From the NCBI GenBank assembly GCA_964638395.1, contig CAZWZZ010000001.1:17450-53721 (forward strand): a stretch of 36,272 nucleotides of DNA, written 5' to 3'. Position 1 is the stretch's first letter. Each line of letters begins with the position of its first letter. This stretch comes from an uncultured Caldilineaceae bacterium (lineage in GTDB: Bacteria > Chloroflexota > Anaerolineae > 4572-78 > J111). A model generated the notes under the pieces. The model saw nothing but the letters and a program-made list of their open reading frames with translations. It was not told where the DNA came from and searched no databases. Below are positions 33,931 through 36,272 of the stretch, in pieces. The position numbers and the translations under genes were made by a program.

Positions 33931-36201
33931 ATGTCTGACTTTTTAGAAACCAGTTATTACGGTAATCCGGGCAGCCAATGGTTGACGGTCTTGGGGTTTA
34001 TAGGGCTATCTATTATTGGGGGGCTAATCTTTTATTGGCTCTTCGGGCGAACCGTCCGCTTTTTGACCCAGAAAACTGAAACAAAACTGGATGACATCTT
34101 CGTTGATACTTTCGAGGAACCGCTGACCGTTCTGATTATCGGCTGGGGTGTTCTCTACAGCCTGTCTTTGCTGACCCTGACTCGACTGGCTACCTCCTGG
34201 ATCGAATGGGGCTTTGAAGTTTTTCAGGTCATTCTCCTGGCCTGGTTCATCCTGCGCTTTTATGGCGCGCTGCACAAAGCCTATGCGGTCTCCTTTATCG
34301 CTTCCCTGGTCAGCCGGGGGATTTTTGTGCTGATGCTTTTTGGGGCCGTTTTTATTCTGGTTCGATTGTGGATTGTTCAACCGACGTTTTGTTATCCCGA
34401 TTGTATGGGGATTAGCCTGACCGGTCTCAATATGAGCGGCCTTGAATTGAGGCAGGCCAATTTTGTTGAGGCTAATCTGCGCGGCAGCGATTTAAGTCGG
34501 GGCGATTTAAATCGAGCCGATCTGTCGGCGACCGATTTGACGGGCGTCACGTTTCGGGAAGCCAATTTGCAATACAGTAAATTTTTAGGGGCTAATCTAC
34601 AACAAACCGATTTACGAGAAACCAACCTCCACAACACGCAACTGAATGGGGCCGATCTCAGCCAGGCTGATCTAACCCGCACGAATTTGACCCGTGTCAG
34701 CCTAAATGGGACCGTCCTTGAGCGAGCCAAATTAATCGAAGTCGATTTGTCCGGGAAGAACCTGAGCGGCGTTGATTTGAGCCGGGCCGATCTGGCCGGG
34801 GCCAATCTGGATGGGGCCGATTTGAGCGGGGCCAGCCTGAGCGGCGCAGATTTGAGCGGCGCCTCCTTGAGACATGCTAATCTCAGCGGGGCCTGGTTGA
34901 ACCTGACCAATCTGACCGGGGTCGATTTGGTCGGGGCCAATCTGAATGGGGCCAGTTTGATCGGCAGCAACCTGGCCTCGGCCGACCTGACCCAGAGCAA
35001 GCTGGATGGGGCGACGTTAATCGGGGCCAATCTGAATGGGGCCAACCTCAAAACGGCCGATCTGACCGGCTTTCGCTTCTTTCAGGTCGAACTGCGTAGC
35101 ACCGATCTGCTGCTCGACCCGGTGCTGGAAGAGTTGAATCTCCTGCAAGTGGGCCAGGTGTTAAAAGATGGCAATTTGAGCGGTATCCAGTTCAACAATC
35201 AAACAATCTGGCCGCCTGATAAGATTGCGATCCTGGCCAACATACTGGGGCTGGACAAGGCCGCTTTCAAATCCGTGTCGGAGGTTGAGCAGGCGACGAC
35301 GACCGTTGCCGCTCCGAGCAGGATTTATCGCGGCCAAATCGTCCTGTCTCGGGTAGACCCCGCCCTGATTCGGGGTGATATTTACATCGCCGGCAGTGCG
35401 ACGGTCGTTCCTTTGACCCAGGTTATGATCACAGAGTTTGTCGAGCAAGGGTACACCGGTCAGTTTCAACTTAGTAACGTTGGTTCCGAGGCCGGCTTCC
35501 GGCTCTTCTGCCAGACGGGCGAGGCCGATATTGCTATCGCCAGCCGGCCCATCACGCTCGAGGAGACTGAAAGTTGTGTCCAGATTGATCGGGAGCCTAT
35601 CGAGTTTCAGGTCGGGGTTGATGCCCTGGTGGTGGTGGTCAACCCTTTGAATAACTTCATCGTCGATGCCTCTGTGGATGAGTTACAACAAATCTTTACC
35701 GCCCAGAACTGGTCTGATGTTAATTCCAATTGGCCCATCGCTCCCATCTCGCGGGTCGTGCTGGACGAAGACTCAGGAGCCTTCGGTTTGTTTACGGATG
35801 AAGTTTTTGATGGGGAGACCCAACCCCTTCTGGCCGCGCCCAATACCCAATTTGTTTCACTTGACGAGGAGGTGGTTCAGGGCGTTAGTCTGAACCCCAC
35901 GGCGGTTGGCTTTGTGACGGTCGCCGCCTATCAGGAAAATAGCGAGACGCTCAAATTGTTATCTGTGGACGGTATCGAGCCGACCCTGGCAACGGTGGGG
36001 GCGGGACAATATCCGCTGGCCCGGCCGCTGTTGATCTACTCGGCGGCCAGCGTTATCCGAGACAAATCCCAGGTAGGGGCATTCATTAATTTTTACCTGA
36101 CTAATACCAGCCGACTCATCGAGTCGGTCGGTTATTTTCCCTCCAGTCCGGGCGCCATCGACGAAGCCGAGCGGAATCTTTTAGAGGTGCTTGCGCCTTG
36201 A
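33931..36201 (+). CDS. Multi-pass membrane protein + pentapeptide-repeat domain + PstS-like periplasmic binding domain
   Basis: Four hydrophobic helices in aa 15-150. About 44 consecutive A(D/N)LxX pentapeptides. C-terminal GSEAGFRLFCQTGEADIAIASRPI...YPLARPLLIY resembles the PBP_like_2/PstS family. Confidence 0.7.
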   Translation: MSDFLETSYYGNPGSQWLTVLGFIGLSIIGGLIFYWLFGRTVRFLTQKTETKLDDIFVDTFEEPLTVLIIGWGVLYSLSLLTLTRLATSWIEWGFEVFQVILLAWFILRFYGALHKAYAVSFIASLVSRGIFVLMLFGAVFILVRLWIVQPTFCYPDCMGISLTGLNMSGLELRQANFVEANLRGSDLSRGDLNRADLSATDLTGVTFREANLQYSKFLGANLQQTDLRETNLHNTQLNGADLSQADLTRTNLTRVSLNGTVLERAKLIEVDLSGKNLSGVDLSRADLAGANLDGADLSGASLSGADLSGASLRHANLSGAWLNLTNLTGVDLVGANLNGASLIGSNLASADLTQSKLDGATLIGANLNGANLKTADLTGFRFFQVELRSTDLLLDPVLEELNLLQVGQVLKDGNLSGIQFNNQTIWPPDKIAILANILGLDKAAFKSVSEVEQATTTVAAPSRIYRGQIVLSRVDPALIRGDIYIAGSATVVPLTQVMITEFVEQGYTGQFQLSNVGSEAGFRLFCQTGEADIAIASRPITLEETESCVQIDREPIEFQVGVDALVVVVNPLNNFIVDASVDELQQIFTAQNWSDVNSNWPIAPISRVVLDEDSGAFGLFTDEVFDGETQPLLAAPNTQFVSLDEEVVQGVSLNPTAVGFVTVAAYQENSETLKLLSVDGIEPTLATVGAGQYPLARPLLIYSAASVIRDKSQVGAFINFYLTNTSRLIESVGYFPSSPGAIDEAERNLLEVLAP
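34417..35086 (+). repeat. Pentapeptide-repeat coding tract (inside CDS 33931..36201)
   Basis: Runs such as ANLRGSDLSRGDLNRADLSATDLTG and ADLAGANLDGADLSGASLSGADLSGASL. Also generates the spurious antisense ORF 34392..35051. Confidence 0.9.
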
Positions 36202-36272
36202 TGTGAGTTTGTGGCGTTACAGCAGTTCCCGATATGACCAGATTGGGCCAGTTTTAGCTAACTCTGGTTGTT

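Noticed and set aside
34392-35051. 219-aa minus-strand ORF
   Set aside because: It is the antisense image of the pentapeptide-repeat tract (a low-complexity RLAP/KSAP periodicity). It is fully contained in a well-supported plus-strand CDS.
1-36272. Dpd-like or phage-like 7-deazaguanine DNA modification or defence system
   Set aside because: Apart from the base-synthesis genes there is no DpdA/TGT, DpdB/ParB-like, helicase or nuclease set in the window. The ParA-like gene lies 24 kb away in an unrelated context. It cannot be excluded that such genes lie upstream of nt 1.

Overview
36.3-kb bacterial window in which every credible gene lies on the + strand. All functional calls come from motif recognition by eye; no database search was run.

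The left ~25 kb reads as one accessory, biosynthesis-like cluster. It contains a 5'-truncated sulfotransferase and a complete 7-deazaguanine base cassette in the order Gat-QueC (class-II glutamine amidotransferase fused to QueC), QueD, QueE, FolE. There is no QueF and no TGT/DpdA-type transglycosylase in the window. It also contains a second sulfotransferase, a 1083-aa tri-domain protein (HNMT-like N-methyltransferase + second SAM methyltransferase + group-II PLP decarboxylase), a SET-domain::Orn/DAP/Arg-type decarboxylase fusion, a DUF3326-like protein, an Orn/Lys/Arg fold-I decarboxylase, an Acg-like nitroreductase and an unknown protein.

Interleaved are six copies (three intact, three decayed) of a divergent P1B-like P-type ATPase. 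These keep the catalytic motifs but lack the transmembrane CPx motif and any N-terminal metal-binding domain.

The cluster shows recent rearrangement:
- a perfect 249-bp direct repeat 8.4 kb apart, carrying an ATPase 3' end, a 26-codon remnant of a polyketide ketosynthase start (EIAVIGLGCRFPGG) and the first 12 codons of a decarboxylase-like ORF
- an internally deleted, frameshifted ATPase
- a chimeric ORF
- palindromic MITE-like elements at breakpoints
- AT-rich islands in a GC-richer background

The right ~11 kb holds a 1213-aa triple solute-binding lipoprotein, an MscS-type channel, a ParA-like ATPase with a basic/disordered partner (plus a membrane-anchored paralogue of that partner), and a TM + pentapeptide-repeat + PstS-like fusion. 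No rRNA, tRNA, CRISPR array, transposase or integrase was recognised.
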